DNA from: Trypanosoma brucei
Lineage: Eukaryota
DNA: 64,000 nt
Reading direction: 5' to 3'
NCBI GenBank assembly: GCA_000002445.1
Contig: CP000070.1
Location: forward strand, 1,408,001 to 1,472,000
The notes below the pieces were generated by a model that worked only from the letters and a program-made list of their open reading frames with translations, searched no databases and was not told where the DNA came from. How positions within the stretch are numbered: position 1 is the first letter of the stretch; every line of letters starts with the position of its first letter. Shown here in pieces: positions 10,634-22,379 of the stretch. A program made the position numbers and the translations under genes.

Positions 10634-11325
10634 TGTGTGCTTTTGTTGCGCACCTGTAGTCTGAGAAAAGAGATCAAATCTTTTGAACAACAGAAGTTTT
10701 TAAAGAAATACAGCAGACAAGGGATTTATAGGTTTATAGCAAATAGGAAAAAGGAAAAACAAGTCGAGGCAAAACCTAAGGGAAGGGACGAAGGACTGAT
10801 AAGTGGAAACACAAAGAAGAGTAGTAGGAGCAAAACAAAGAACAGCAGAGGCAACAATTAGCCATCGAAGCCCAGTGGGTGAAGGTAACTGAAATAATCA
10901 AGGAAGGGATAGGGTAGGTAAGAGAGGGGGGAAAGCACAAAAAAGGAGAGAAAATAGAGAAGCGGGTGGTTAATTGCCTGCTTGTGTACACGTGTGTGTC
11001 AGACTAGCTGCAATCCTTTCGGTGGAAACAATTTGGAGAACAGGGCGAGATAAGTCTAGCGAAATATCTGTCTGTTACAGAAACTCAGCAAGGTAGTGGC
11101 AAGCGGAAGAGAAGAAGGGGAGGAAAGAAAAAGGAAGCAGCACCAGATATAAACGTCTACATATATATTAGACATACGTTATACGTGTTGACGGGAGGGT
11201 AAACAGGGAAGCGGAAGATAGTTATTCTCACCTGCAAGAACTAATATACCCATATTCATTTTGAGTGCAATTGTCACGCTTGAAACGAAAACAACTATAC
11301 ACATATACATCCTTAATCGCCAATC

Positions 11326-12822
11326 ATGGGAGGAGGTTCATCCGTTGAAGACAAGCGCTACTCCCGGCTGTTCCAGGAGGGTCTCAAGGCGCTTCATGAG
11401 GGACGCTTTACATATGCTGAGATTTACTTTGATCAGGCCATTGAGAAACATGAGGGTTATCCATTCTGGCAGCGCCTTGACGAAATGGTAGAATGGGAAC
11501 GAAAGGGAAACACCGGTAAGCGAAAGGGAGAGGAGCAAAATGAAAAAGATCAGTGGGCGAAAGAAACAAAGCCTGAGACAGGTGGCGGTGAGGGAGCAGG
11601 AGAAGATGGCGCTGAAATGGATGATTTGGGAGGTGAATCCGATGACACTGGTGTTCTTGTGATTCCTCTCGATCAACGGGTATTTCACGTGTTGGAGTAC
11701 CTTCAGTTGCGCACCGACATTTCCGTCGCTTATTTGCTAGCTGAACGCTACGAAGAGGCACACGAGCACCTCCAATACGTCACGTCGCACACTCATGTGC
11801 TTTTGAAGTGTTTGCGCATTGCCCGGCAGAGTAATATGTCAGAGGAATCAGGCGGAGAAGGCGGTGACACGAATCCCCTTGAGCATGTTGGTGTAGTGGA
11901 GCGGCGGTTCCGTGCAGGTTTGATGGGCATGGAAGTGGAAGTGGAAGGTATCCTCGACGCCTTTGAACAATATCTTCGCCTGCACTGGTTCTCTGGAATT
12001 GCAAACACTGTTTACATCGCCTTTGAGCGGTTCAAGGGAGGGCAGGGTGATAAGAAGCGCAAGCGTGAGCTTGACGCCGTAGTTGTGACATGTGAAACGG
12101 CCAAGTTAGAACTTCACAAACTGGTGTCCCGCCGTGCTAAGAGCTTAACGAACAGTGTGTTGATTGAGTTCCTTGAGAAGCTCATTAATGATATGGACAG
12201 CAGCGCCTCGGACTCCGAGGATGATGGAAATGCAAACGGCGGCCGCAGTGGTGGTCCCGCCGCCAAGGGCAGAAGAAAGTCGGACAACCGCGAGGATGGC
12301 GACAAGGAAGAACTTGAGAACTTCCCATTCAGTGCACGACTTCAGATGCTTTACGAGCGTCGTCTGTTGTATCGGGGCATGCCCGCCCCCATGCAAGGTG
12401 CTGCCTTGCGTTACCTGCCTTGGATGGATGAAGATATCCGTCGTGTTGTTCCCGGTACAAACTACAACCTGGAGATTCAATGTGGTATGATTGATGATAG
12501 GCGTAAGAAGCAACTCCAAAAGAAATCTCTCAAGCACACAGTACAGAAGCGGTTTGACTTCAACGACAGGGTGCTATTCAACAAGAGTATGGATGAAGAA
12601 AATGCACTGCTGTTATTTCCATTACTTCTTGTTGAAGCTGATGTGCAATTAGAACTTGGTGCTGCCACGAAAGGCATTAAAGCGCTAGATATGGTCGAGA
12701 AATTGTCTACGCAATTATACGGCAGGCAGTCGCTTGAGCAACAGAGTCTCATGCGCCGTGTGTTGGAGACCCGTAAACGCGGTGGTGCTCTTTTCATGAT
12801 GTTTGATGACCAATTGAACTAA
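11326..12822 (+). CDS. hypothetical protein, predicted N-myristoylated (MGGGSS...), acidic low-complexity insert, possible single TPR-like motif near N-terminus
   Basis: ATG start. N-terminus MGGGSSV fits the M-G-x-x-x-S/T N-myristoyltransferase consensus. The stretch GLKALHEGRFTYAEIYFDQAIEKHEGYP is TPR-like. Acidic tracts are present (GGGEGAGEDGAEMDDLGGESDD; DSSASDSEDDGNANG). 1497 nt ORF. Confidence 0.6.
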   Translation: MGGGSSVEDKRYSRLFQEGLKALHEGRFTYAEIYFDQAIEKHEGYPFWQRLDEMVEWERKGNTGKRKGEEQNEKDQWAKETKPETGGGEGAGEDGAEMDDLGGESDDTGVLVIPLDQRVFHVLEYLQLRTDISVAYLLAERYEEAHEHLQYVTSHTHVLLKCLRIARQSNMSEESGGEGGDTNPLEHVGVVERRFRAGLMGMEVEVEGILDAFEQYLRLHWFSGIANTVYIAFERFKGGQGDKKRKRELDAVVVTCETAKLELHKLVSRRAKSLTNSVLIEFLEKLINDMDSSASDSEDDGNANGGRSGGPAAKGRRKSDNREDGDKEELENFPFSARLQMLYERRLLYRGMPAPMQGAALRYLPWMDEDIRRVVPGTNYNLEIQCGMIDDRRKKQLQKKSLKHTVQKRFDFNDRVLFNKSMDEENALLLFPLLLVEADVQLELGAATKGIKALDMVEKLSTQLYGRQSLEQQSLMRRVLETRKRGGALFMMFDDQLN

Positions 12823-13628
12823 ATGCAAAGGAAGCAAAGAAGAAAATAGGATGGGTGGATGTGAGAAAAGAAAAAAAGGAAAAAGAAATGGAAGCGTCAA
12901 GGGTTTAGAGTGTTTACGCTTTCTTCTATGTTTTTGTATGTGTGGGAAAGGGGGGGGAATAAGTAACAGAGGTGAAGAAACATACGCTACTGGTGCAATT
13001 TTTTTTTCTTTTTGTACACCAAAAAGAGGCGATAGCAGGAAGTACAGGGAAGAAAAGGGGGAAAAAGGCGAGACAAAACAAGATACCAAAGGAGAGATTG
13101 AACTAATGGAAAGGGAGAGAAAAGATGTTTATCCCCCCCACCCCAATTCGTTCATTTGATTGTTTCTTTTTATGTGTGCGCGTGTGTGTAAATATATATA
13201 TATATATATATTACAGGGGGCGGTAGGAGGGAAAGAAAAAGGCAAAACAAATGCAAAAGAAAAAGGGAATTAAAGGATTTGGGAGAAAAAGGAATAGGAG
13301 TAATAAAGAATAAAAGAAGTGGGAGCAAGTACAAAACAAAGCAAAGCAAAACACAAAAACAAAACAGGTGTAAAGGATAAAGCAAACAAACAACCAAATA
13401 AAAGACAATAAGTGACATGCAAGCGATGCGGTACAAATCAAATATGTGGGGGGTCCGCTGAATGGCTCTGTGGCTAACACGTTTGAGGAGCGGGCGGAAA
13501 TATTAACGGCAGGAGTAATTTTTTTAAAAAAAATGATTCGTATGTAAGTGAAAAAGTTATGAGAAGTAAACTGACAAATGTTTTTTGTCTGTGTTTTAAC
13601 GTTGTTGTGTACATTCATGTAAAGCGAA

Positions 13629-13675
13629 TATATATATATATATATGTGTGTGTGTGAGAGAGAGAGAGAGAGAGT
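13629..13675. repeat. compound microsatellite (AT)n(TG)n(AG)n
   Basis: atatatatatatatatgtgtgtgtgtgagagagagagagagag. Confidence 0.9.
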
Positions 13676-15043
13676 AAGTCAATGAGTGTTTTTCTGTCTG
13701 AAGGTAGGAAAATGATAATTTTTTTTCTCTTGTTAAAGCAACGTTTGTATGTCGTGTTTGCCTTTTTGTTAGCAATTTCTTTTCCTGTTGTCTTTTCCCC
13801 CCTTTACTTGCTATTTCCCTTAATATCTTTACTCGCTTTTGTTCATTCTAATTTCCCTTTTCTTTTTTTTTATGTATCTTTTATCTTTTCTGTTTTTTGA
13901 ATGTAACTCAGATATGCCACTGCTTCTGGTGGAAGTAACATAAAAGTGAACAACCGTTTTTGTTTTTTTTTGTTCTTAACATTCTCTCAGCGCCAAAAAC
14001 GCGAGGGAAGAAATACTACCAAAGAATGTGTGCAACTAAATTTGAAGTTTCTTTAAAAAAACAAAAATACAAAAAAACAAAAGAGAAAAGAGGGAAAAAA
14101 GAAAAATTATCGGAGGGAGTTTGCGGTCGCGAGTATTGTCACCCGTTTTCCTTCAGAGAAGTGTTTTAAGTGTAGGAATGCATGTGTGGGGGATTTTTTT
14201 TTTTTTTTTGTGAGGACGAGGAGCAAAGTTCACACTTAAATCAGAAGTGTAAAAGAAAAGGGAGAAAATAATGATAATGCTGATGATGATGATAATAAAA
14301 GAAAAGAGAAGAGGAGAGCGCAAACAAAAAGGAGGAAGAGACAAAGTATATAAATCAATAAATAAAAAGTTGAAGATATGAGGCTAAGAGGCAGAAAGCA
14401 ACATGCAGTAATGATTGTATATGCGCAGGAGATAAAAAGTGGTGCTGCCGCAGCCCTTTTTTTTTTTTCAAATTTAATCGTTTGTTCATCCGAGAGTGAA
14501 CAAATGTTTGAACGTATTTCCACCTGATGCCCCTCCCCCCCTCAACACACACACACACACCACCTAATTTCTTGCTTTTTTTTTTGAAACTATTTATTTA
14601 TTTTTTTACTCGGTTCTCTGTTCCTCATTCACCCTAGCCGTCTCATCTCTGCGCGGTACATACACGTATAAATGTAAATAATATATATATATATATATGT
14701 TTATTTATGCGTGTGTATTACGTTATATAATATTATATAACATTATCACATGATATGGTTATTATTGTTGTTGTTACTTATTATTATCATCGCCGTGGAC
14801 ATGCAATTTATGGTCCCTTTATTCTCACATTTTTCTCTCCGTCCCACCACCTGCGCATATATATATAAATATAAATAAATAAATATATATTTATTTATTT
14901 ATTTTCACCCTCCTTTCTTTTGGCGTATTGTTGATGCTGCCGCTGATTTTTATCTCTTTCATTGACTTGAACTGTTGTGTGCCCCTCCCCCTCCCCCTCC
15001 CCCGTACGCACCGCCTCAAAACAAAAAAATTTGTGCAGTGAAA

Positions 15044-15115
15044 AGAACTGAACTGAAATGAAATGAACTGAAATGAAATGAACTGAACTGAAATGAAATG
15101 AACTGAAATGAAAAA
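15044..15115. repeat. pentamer array (GAACT/GAAAT)n, about 14 units
   Basis: agaactgaactgaaatgaaatgaactgaaatgaaatgaactgaactgaaatgaaatgaactgaaatgaaa. Confidence 0.85.
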
Positions 15116-18100
15116 TGGAAAAAGAGAAGGAATATACAAATGAAAGTCGAGGAGGAGAATGAAATCAGTTAAATGTTTGGGACAATTTCTTATTTTTCCG
15201 TTTCGTTTAGTTCGTTCCGAGGCCTCATTTATGCGGCGTTACGTCCTTTTGTCTTCGTTTTGTTTTTGTTTCAATTTGATTTGTTGTGTGTTTTATTTCC
15301 CATCAATCGCGTTCTCGTCACCACCACTACAACCACCAGTTTTCTCTGGCGTGTTTTTTTTTCTTTCTTTCTCTCTTAATTTCCTTTTTCTTCTTTTTTT
15401 CTCTCTTTTTTTTTTCTTTTTGGGACGAAAGGACAAATACGCTACCACTTAACGTCGCTCACGATAGTGGACGCAATGGAATACGTGTATTTGATTTGTT
15501 TTTTTTGTTTTTTTCTCTTCACTTTTCTGTTCTCGGTGTTGTGTCAAACTTTTTTTCTTTTTTTTTACTTTTTTTAAATATATATATATATATATATTTA
15601 TATATGTTTATGTGTTTTGGTGACAGAAGCAAAGGTGTTTAAAAGAAGCAAGAGAGAGAGAGAGATTAAAAAAAAAAATGAATATTTGAGATATGTTGCC
15701 TTTTCATACACATTAATATTCATATGTGTATTATATTCTCCTTTTTCTTCTTTTTTTTTCCAACGCCTTTTCCCATTTCTTAACCGTTCTTGCATCTTAC
15801 AATACCTCTTGATATTACTTTGTTCATGCACTTACTCGCTTATTTTAACTTCTTTCATATTATTCACAATAACATTCCCTTTACTTTTCCCTTTGTTTTT
15901 TTTTCCTTCATCTTACTTTATCTCTTTTTTTTTCTTTTTATTTTCCGTTTCACTCCTCCTCTCTTTTCTCCAGTTCCGCATAACTTTCCATGCCCGTGTG
16001 GAAACCCTCGAAGGCAAGTCTGCGTGAGTGAGCTTGTGATATTATTTGTGATTTAAATAAATAAATAAATAAATATATTTAAAATTGATGTTTTGTAATG
16101 TTCTGCCCATTTGTTTTTTTGTATGTTTTTTTTTTCCATTTGGTTCAATAACTAAAAACACCAAAAAAAAATTTAATTATAATATAAATATATATATATA
16201 TATTAATATTTGTTGTGGCTGGGAACACATCCACAGCGGCACCAACACCAGCAACGGTTCCTGGGGGAAGGCTTTTTTTTTAAATGTTTTAAATATTTTA
16301 AATATTTTATTATTATTTTAAATGTCAAAACGAAAAAAAACCCAAAAAAGAGAGAATTTTAAAAAAAATGTATAATCAAAAAAGAACGAGAAAAGGATGG
16401 GAAAAAAGACGGAGGATAGAAAAAAAAATTAAAAAGAAAAAAAAAAGACACACTTACAAGAGGCTAACGGAAAGGCATAAAATATGTGTGAAGGATGTGA
16501 ATACCCGCCTTCTTACAGGAAAAAAAAGAAAGAAAGAAAGAAAAAATATTTCCTTCATCTTTTTTTTAAAAATATTATGTCGTGATGAAGGTTTCAATTT
16601 ATTTTATATCTTTTAGCTTTCTTTTTTTCTTTTTTTTTATCTTTTCAGTTCTATCTCCTCCGTTTTTTTTTTTTTGCCGTGTCGAGTTTGGTGTTGTTTT
16701 AAAGGTCGCGATCATTTATGTCTTTTTGTTTGTTTGTTTGTTTTCTATTTTTTTAATTTGTTTGTTTTCCTCCCAATTCACTGTTGCTTTTGCTCTTACT
16801 TTTCCTTTTTGTTTGGTCATTCTTTCTGTTTTTTCCCCCTTTCTTTTGTTATTGTTGATGGATGAGCGTACAAAATCTTTTTTTTTTATTCCGTGTTCAT
16901 ATCATTTTATTTTATTTTATTGCTTGTTCAATTTTTGTGTTTTCTTTTGTTTAGTTTTTTTTTTTTGCTTTTTATGATTTTTTTGTATGTTTCGTTTCAT
17001 GTTTTGTTGTGCATCATTTTTCCTTCTTTTTTTTGTGTTGTTATTACTCATTTTCTGTTTTTTTTTGTTAACAATAAAAAAAGAAAGAGAAAACAAATAA
17101 AAAAAACACAAAAAGTGGAGAAAGTGAAGGTGACATTTAATCGTGTGGACACGGAAAGAAAATAAAAAGAAGGCAAGCGAGAGAACAAACAAAGGGAGAA
17201 AACAACACCACGAAAATAATAATAATAATAATAATAATAAGTAATTTATAAATCAAAACCATCAACAACACTAAAAAGCAAACGAAACGAAACGAATTGA
17301 TGATGACGACGACAACACGCAACATAATATTAGAAAAAGAAGAGGATGGGAGGGGGGAGAGGGGAAAGAAATAACTAAAATAAACAAAAAAACAAAAAAG
17401 GGATTCAATGGAAGATTAAAAAAAAAAAAATAGAAATAAATGCAACAACACTCGAGAAATAAATAAAAAAAAAGAGGGAGGAGGAAAAAAAAAGGTTTTG
17501 CCTGAATGTGTATTTGGAAAGGGAAGGCTATTTATGAAGGGAATTATTATTATGTAGACTCGGCAATAAGTGAAAGTAATGGCTTTTTTTTCTTTTTCTT
17601 TTTTCTTTTTGATCATAACGCACGCTTTTCTCATCCTTTTCTTTTTCTTTCCTTCTCTTTTTTTTATTTTGTTGTTTTGGTTTCTGAGCTGTAGTTTTCG
17701 CACATGTATGATTAATTTAACTGAGTGAAGAAAGGGAAAGTGAACGTAATATATTAAATGCATATACAGCACATGTGCATATTCACATATATATATATAT
17801 ATATATATATATTTCTAACACATGTGCGTGTTTCGGTGGAAGGAATTAATATATAAAGAGGAAAGGAATAACATTATATGATACAGTGTGAAATAAAACT
17901 AATGAAGTGATATGAAAATTTTCTTTTTTCCTTTTTGTTGTTGGCGCTGAAGCAATGATAAAAAAGAAAAGGGGTTGAAAATAATGGGATTTTGAGATGA
18001 ACCAAACCCAGAGGGATGAGGTAACTTTCGTTAAAAGAAAGAGAGAAGGGAAGATATTATGTGTATGAATGAAACTCTTTTCGTTTATTTGTATGCGCGG

Positions 18101-20285
18101 CAACGGTGTGGCGGGATGAGAAATTAAAATTAGTGAATCAGGAGAGGATATTATGCATCACAGGGGAATACAAGCATATATAATATATATATATATATAT
18201 AAACATATAGATAGCAATTTTCATTTTATATTTTAAAGAAAAGAGAAGTGGAAAATAAAGGAGCTTTAAGAAGAGATTTCTTTCCCCCTTTAAACCCCTC
18301 TTTCCCTCTCTTTCTGTCCTCCATTCCCCGACCCCCCGTGGCGTAGGGTTCTTTTTCTTTTTTTCTTTTTTTCTTTTTTTGCACTGACTGTCATTATTAC
18401 CATTACCATTATTATTATTATTATTGTTATTTTAATGTTTTCATTATTACCAAAAAAAAAAAACAACAAATTCTCCTCACCCGCCCCTCTAGCCGGCCCT
18501 TCCACTCTCATTTTTCTTTTTCTTTTTTGTTTTTTTCTTTTTGTATCCCTGCGGAGCAAAATCAGAGGGTCACAAAAGAAAAATACCCGGAGCCACTTAT
18601 ATGCACGTATGCATTTTTTAATTAAAAAATATATATATGTATATATGTATTGGTGTATCAAGTGCGTATATGTATGTATTTATTTCTCTTAATCGTGTTT
18701 CATTATAAGAGGATAAACAGCCAAATAAACAAAAGAAAAGGAAAGAAAAGAAAAAAAAGAAAAGCAAATGCGCATCATATATGTATGTAAAAAAAACAAA
18801 TAGATAAATATATGTGTGATGTGTTTCAGGGCAAGGGTCCTGCGGATTGAAAGTGTTTTTCGTTGTTTCTTTACTATTAATATTATTAATTTTCTTTACT
18901 TTTTTTTCTTTTTTGATCCCTTTTCTTTTTCTTTTTTTCTTTTATTTTCCTCCTTCATTCGATTTGCTTCTTTTTTTTTTAAAAAAAAACTAATGCGCAC
19001 TGCAGTGAGACAGCGATTGGTGGCGATACGTGACTTATACAAATATGTGATGATATGAAACGAAATGAAAGAGAAAAAAAAGGGTGAAAAGGAGAATGGG
19101 AAAAATATTTAAAAAAACCAAAACAGCAAAAAAAATTGAAAAAAAAAGAAAAAATGAGGCAATATTGTCATTATTACTGTTATTATTATTATTGTTATCG
19201 ACGTTTTGGTTACATGTGCAGGGCCTTATTGCAATGAGTTGTGAGACTTTCGATTCCCTTTTTCCCTTTCCCCTTTTGGCTTTTTTTTTTCCTCCCCCCC
19301 TCTCCACCTTTCTCTCTAGTTTTCCTTCCTTACAGACCTCCCTCACAGTTTTTCAGCTTCCCAATTTTACTCTTTCGTTTTTGGTTTGAGCTTTCTTCGT
19401 AATTTGTTTGTTTGTTTATTTCTTTGTTTGTGTTTCGGTTGGATGGGGGAAGGTGGGAAGAACAACAAAAATTAAAAGAAGGGATTGAAAAGAAAGCAAA
19501 CAAACCGATCGAAAGAGAAGAAACTTCAAACACGGAGAAAATAGAGAAGGCGAAAAGAAATAGTTTCGTAGAGTTTTGTTTTTGCGTCGCACCTCACGCA
19601 CGAACTTGTGAGTGTGTATCACCCGTCTACTGAACCGTGTGTTTGGACAACGTTTGCTCGGCACTTCGAAGCGAAGAAACGCTAACAAGCAAATAAACAA
19701 ACAATGAAAAAACATCATCAAGTAATCGTTCGGTTTTTTTTTTAGCGTTTGCCTATTTCGTCCTCCTCCCCCCCCCCTGTGCATCGTCACCTGTAACGGA
19801 TGGATGTGTAATGCTTATGCGAAGATGATCCTTCCCTCTTTTGACTTATATTACTGTGTTTGATTCTACTCTCAACTTACTACTGTCTTGTTTTTCCTAT
19901 TCAATTCTTCTTTATTTGCCTTTCCTCTTGATCGTTTAATCCTTTATAGTGTTTTCTCTCTCTCTCTCTCTATTCCTTTCCTTTTCTGTTGTCTGTTTGC
20001 TTGCGCGAAGGAAGTCACAGGTTTGTGTTTCATTGTAGGACCTCACGTATAATACTGAAAGGACTCAAAAAAAAAAAATTGTTTCCATAAGCAACAGAAG
20101 CGCAACAAAGTTAAGGAAAGTGCCTTCTGACATTTTGTTGTTGCACATCGCCTACGCATATCGTTTTGTTTATCCAAGAAAATACGCTAATTTAGTCGAC
20201 ATCCTTTCTACTGCAAGCTGTGAGGCAAAATCCAGTGATTTTCCTCTTGTTTGGTGTTGACGTTTGCGAAGGGAAGTAGCGTGTT

Positions 20286-21836
20286 ATGTTGCGCGAAAGG
20301 AGTTGCTCATGCAGCTGCACTTCAGAGGCATGCGGGCGCCTGCATTCGTGTTCCTGCACATTCAGCAGTGACAGCTGTGGTGAGAGGAGGCCAAATAGAA
20401 TCCGACAGAGAGCTTTGGATGTATCTGCTTATATGTCCTCGCAACCTTTGTCAATGTCTTCACGGCATAATACAGATTGTAGTTGCTCATGTTCCTGCGA
20501 TTGCAGCTGTAGCTCCTCTTGCAGCTGTAGTACTGGTTGTGACTCTTCTCGCAGTTGCAGTTGCAGTTGCAGTTGCAGTTGTTGTCGTTCTGCATACTCC
20601 TCTGCATGCCGTACGTGCGGAAGGGGGAATGATGACCAATCCGATGCGGAACGTGCACCGCATTATCCCAGCTGCCAGTACAGTGAAGATTTTTTGTCTG
20701 TTGCCCCACTTCTAATTCGGTTTGGTGCCTTCCCACCGCCCCGACCCCCGGAGGCTCCGCCTGTGCGTATGTTTCCAACGCCATCAGGTCTCCTCCCACC
20801 ACCAGAGCCGCTGAGAGCGTCAACAACTACTACAGAAACAACTCAGTCACTGGTGTCCACTCGTAGCGCAGAGGGGTCTGACATCATCACCACCGTTTCA
20901 TCGGGCGAACTGCGGGCGGCAGCGGAGGTGACTTCGATGCACCGGTCAATTGGGATGCAAACAGAAATTGAGAGTCGCGAACGAGGAGCGTCACCGATAC
21001 GAAAAGCAAAAACTGATGTGGGCACAAATACGGAAATGACGTTGGAGTTACTGGACCAGCAGCAGGCCACGCTTCAGCAACAAACGATGATACTGCACCA
21101 GCACATGGAGCGGTGTGTCATTCTTGAAAGGCAGCGATATGAGGTGGATTGTGAACATGCGGCGTTCTGCGAGGATGTGAGACGTTGGCAAGAGTTGCAA
21201 AGGGAGACTGCGGTCGCGCAGTTTATTGTGGCGGTGGAAAAGAGCTACAGCGATGTGAAAGTGCAAGAGGAAGAGGGACGCGCGCTCCTCAAAACTTTCA
21301 TGGACTTTTCAAGCCAGTCAGTGATTTCACTCCAGCAGAATTGCATTGATCAAGTGCAACATCAGATGACATTTGCTCATCAACAGCGAACGATTCTTGA
21401 AGGAAAACATTACGACGTTATTGTTGATGAATTGTGGCATCGACTTGCTGTGGTGGAAATGGAGGAGGAATCACGTCGGAATCTCCATGTCCTATATGAT
21501 ACCATTTCTGACATGCGGCGCGCGCGGGAGCGAATGACAGCCGCTGAGGCAGAGGTTGAACATGAGAAGGAAATTACGGCGTCGGTGCGGAGGGATTTGC
21601 AAGACGTGCTGCAGCGTGAGAAGGAATTGCAGCTGAAATATTTGTATATCCTACGGGTGCCCACAACAACCATTATTTCCCGTGATTACAAAAACAACGA
21701 TGGCCCTGTGGGAGGTCATGATGAGTGGGACGATGACATGCCAGTGCATGTGCGGTTTTCCCGTGCGCACCGAGCGGCAGTAGAAGCTGTTAGCGCAAAG
21801 CGTCGTTGCTCCCTTGAACTTAAATGCTTTCTGTAA
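20286..21836 (+). CDS. hypothetical protein: Cys/Ser-repeat N-terminal region followed by coiled-coil C-terminal half (start codon uncertain)
   Basis: ATG at 20286. The N-terminal roughly 110 aa is encoded by a TGCAGY hexamer microsatellite (CSCSCSCDCSCSSSCSCSTGCDSSRSCSCSCSCSCC). That stretch is open in all three overlapping frames, so its coding status is uncertain. From about 20900 onward the translation is a convincing heptad-rich coiled-coil (QQQATLQQQTMILHQHMERC...; EEESRRNLHVLYDTISDMRRARERMTAAEAEVEHEKEI...). Alternative in-frame ATGs lie at about 20437, 20770, 20938 and 20959. Confidence 0.45.
   Translation: MLRERSCSCSCTSEACGRLHSCSCTFSSDSCGERRPNRIRQRALDVSAYMSSQPLSMSSRHNTDCSCSCSCDCSCSSSCSCSTGCDSSRSCSCSCSCSCCRSAYSSACRTCGRGNDDQSDAERAPHYPSCQYSEDFLSVAPLLIRFGAFPPPRPPEAPPVRMFPTPSGLLPPPEPLRASTTTTETTQSLVSTRSAEGSDIITTVSSGELRAAAEVTSMHRSIGMQTEIESRERGASPIRKAKTDVGTNTEMTLELLDQQQATLQQQTMILHQHMERCVILERQRYEVDCEHAAFCEDVRRWQELQRETAVAQFIVAVEKSYSDVKVQEEEGRALLKTFMDFSSQSVISLQQNCIDQVQHQMTFAHQQRTILEGKHYDVIVDELWHRLAVVEMEEESRRNLHVLYDTISDMRRARERMTAAEAEVEHEKEITASVRRDLQDVLQREKELQLKYLYILRVPTTTIISRDYKNNDGPVGGHDEWDDDMPVHVRFSRAHRAAVEAVSAKRRCSLELKCFL
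20480..20590 (+). repeat. TGCAGY hexamer microsatellite (perfect gcagtt x6 at 20551-20588) inside the 5' part of ORF 20286..21836
   Basis: tgcagctgtagctcctcttgcagctgtagtactggttgtgactcttctcgcagttgcagttgcagttgcagttgcagttgttgtcg. Produces open reading frames in three frames (CSCSCS / AVAVAV / antisense CNCNCN). Confidence 0.85.
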
Positions 21837-22379
21837 ATTCCCCATTGAATACAGCTTAATCCACAGATACGAACATGAGACCAGGGGGAGGAGGGGGGGG
21901 GGGCGTCATACGAGTTGTCAGACGTGGTTTGGGTGACTTACATATCATTACTTTTTCCCTAAGGAAGAGGATTCCCTAATATACATACGTACATCTCCAG
22001 TTTTATTGTTTCTTGTGAATTTGTGTCTTTCAACACAAACTCTTTGAGGAATAGGGTTTCTGCTACGTCACGTATTTTTTTGGTTTTTTTTTATTCCGCT
22101 TTAGAGCAGTTCTTCGTAACTGCAGGGATTCCGCCAGAGCATAAAGCTGTCCTTCTTTTCCCTCTTTTTTTTTTGTTGAACCCTCGTGTATTTTTTTTTT
22201 ATAGATGTTTCTTTGACACCCACACCATATAAATAGACAAAAAAAGCGGGGGTTGTTTACCTTCCCGAATCTACGACTGTTGCCTAAGGGCCTGTTGCCG
22301 CTTACGCCAGACACGTGGACACCTCGCGTGCGGAAAGCGAAAAGGACAGTACAGCGGGGAAAGTAGGCGGTTTCAAATT

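Larger units (their letters stand above)
12823..20285. other. about 7.5 kb gene-free low-complexity region (alternating poly-purine and poly-pyrimidine blocks of about 0.2-0.6 kb, AT-rich, many microsatellites)
   Basis: No ORF with coding-like composition. Track ORFs here encode only poly-F/L/K/S low-complexity peptides on both strands. Strand-asymmetric blocks include purine-rich 13200-13440, pyrimidine-rich 13680-14000, purine-rich 14000-14400, T-rich 15160-16050, A-rich 16130-16560, T-rich 16560-17060 and A-rich 17060-17500. Confidence 0.7.

Noticed and set aside
10315-10861. 95-aa and 128-aa + strand ORFs just downstream of gene 7981..10296
   Set aside because: The translations are poly-F/L/P/S low-complexity peptides from pyrimidine-rich intergenic DNA. 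There is no coding-like composition.
15044-15115. Regular short repeat array considered as CRISPR-like
   Set aside because: It is a contiguous 5-nt microsatellite with no spacers, in a eukaryotic genome. It is not a CRISPR array.
12823-20285. Centromere or retrotransposon (ingi/RIME/SIDER) in the gene deserts
   Set aside because: There is no long regular satellite periodicity (e.g. about 147-bp arrays) and no recognisable retroelement ORFs, poly(A)-tailed units or target-site duplications. The sequence is heterogeneous low complexity.
20251-20826. Alternative + frame ORF (20251..20715) and antisense ORF (20362..20826) over the TGCAGY hexamer repeat
   Set aside because: Hexamer microsatellites are stop-free in every frame. 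These are by-products, not independent genes.
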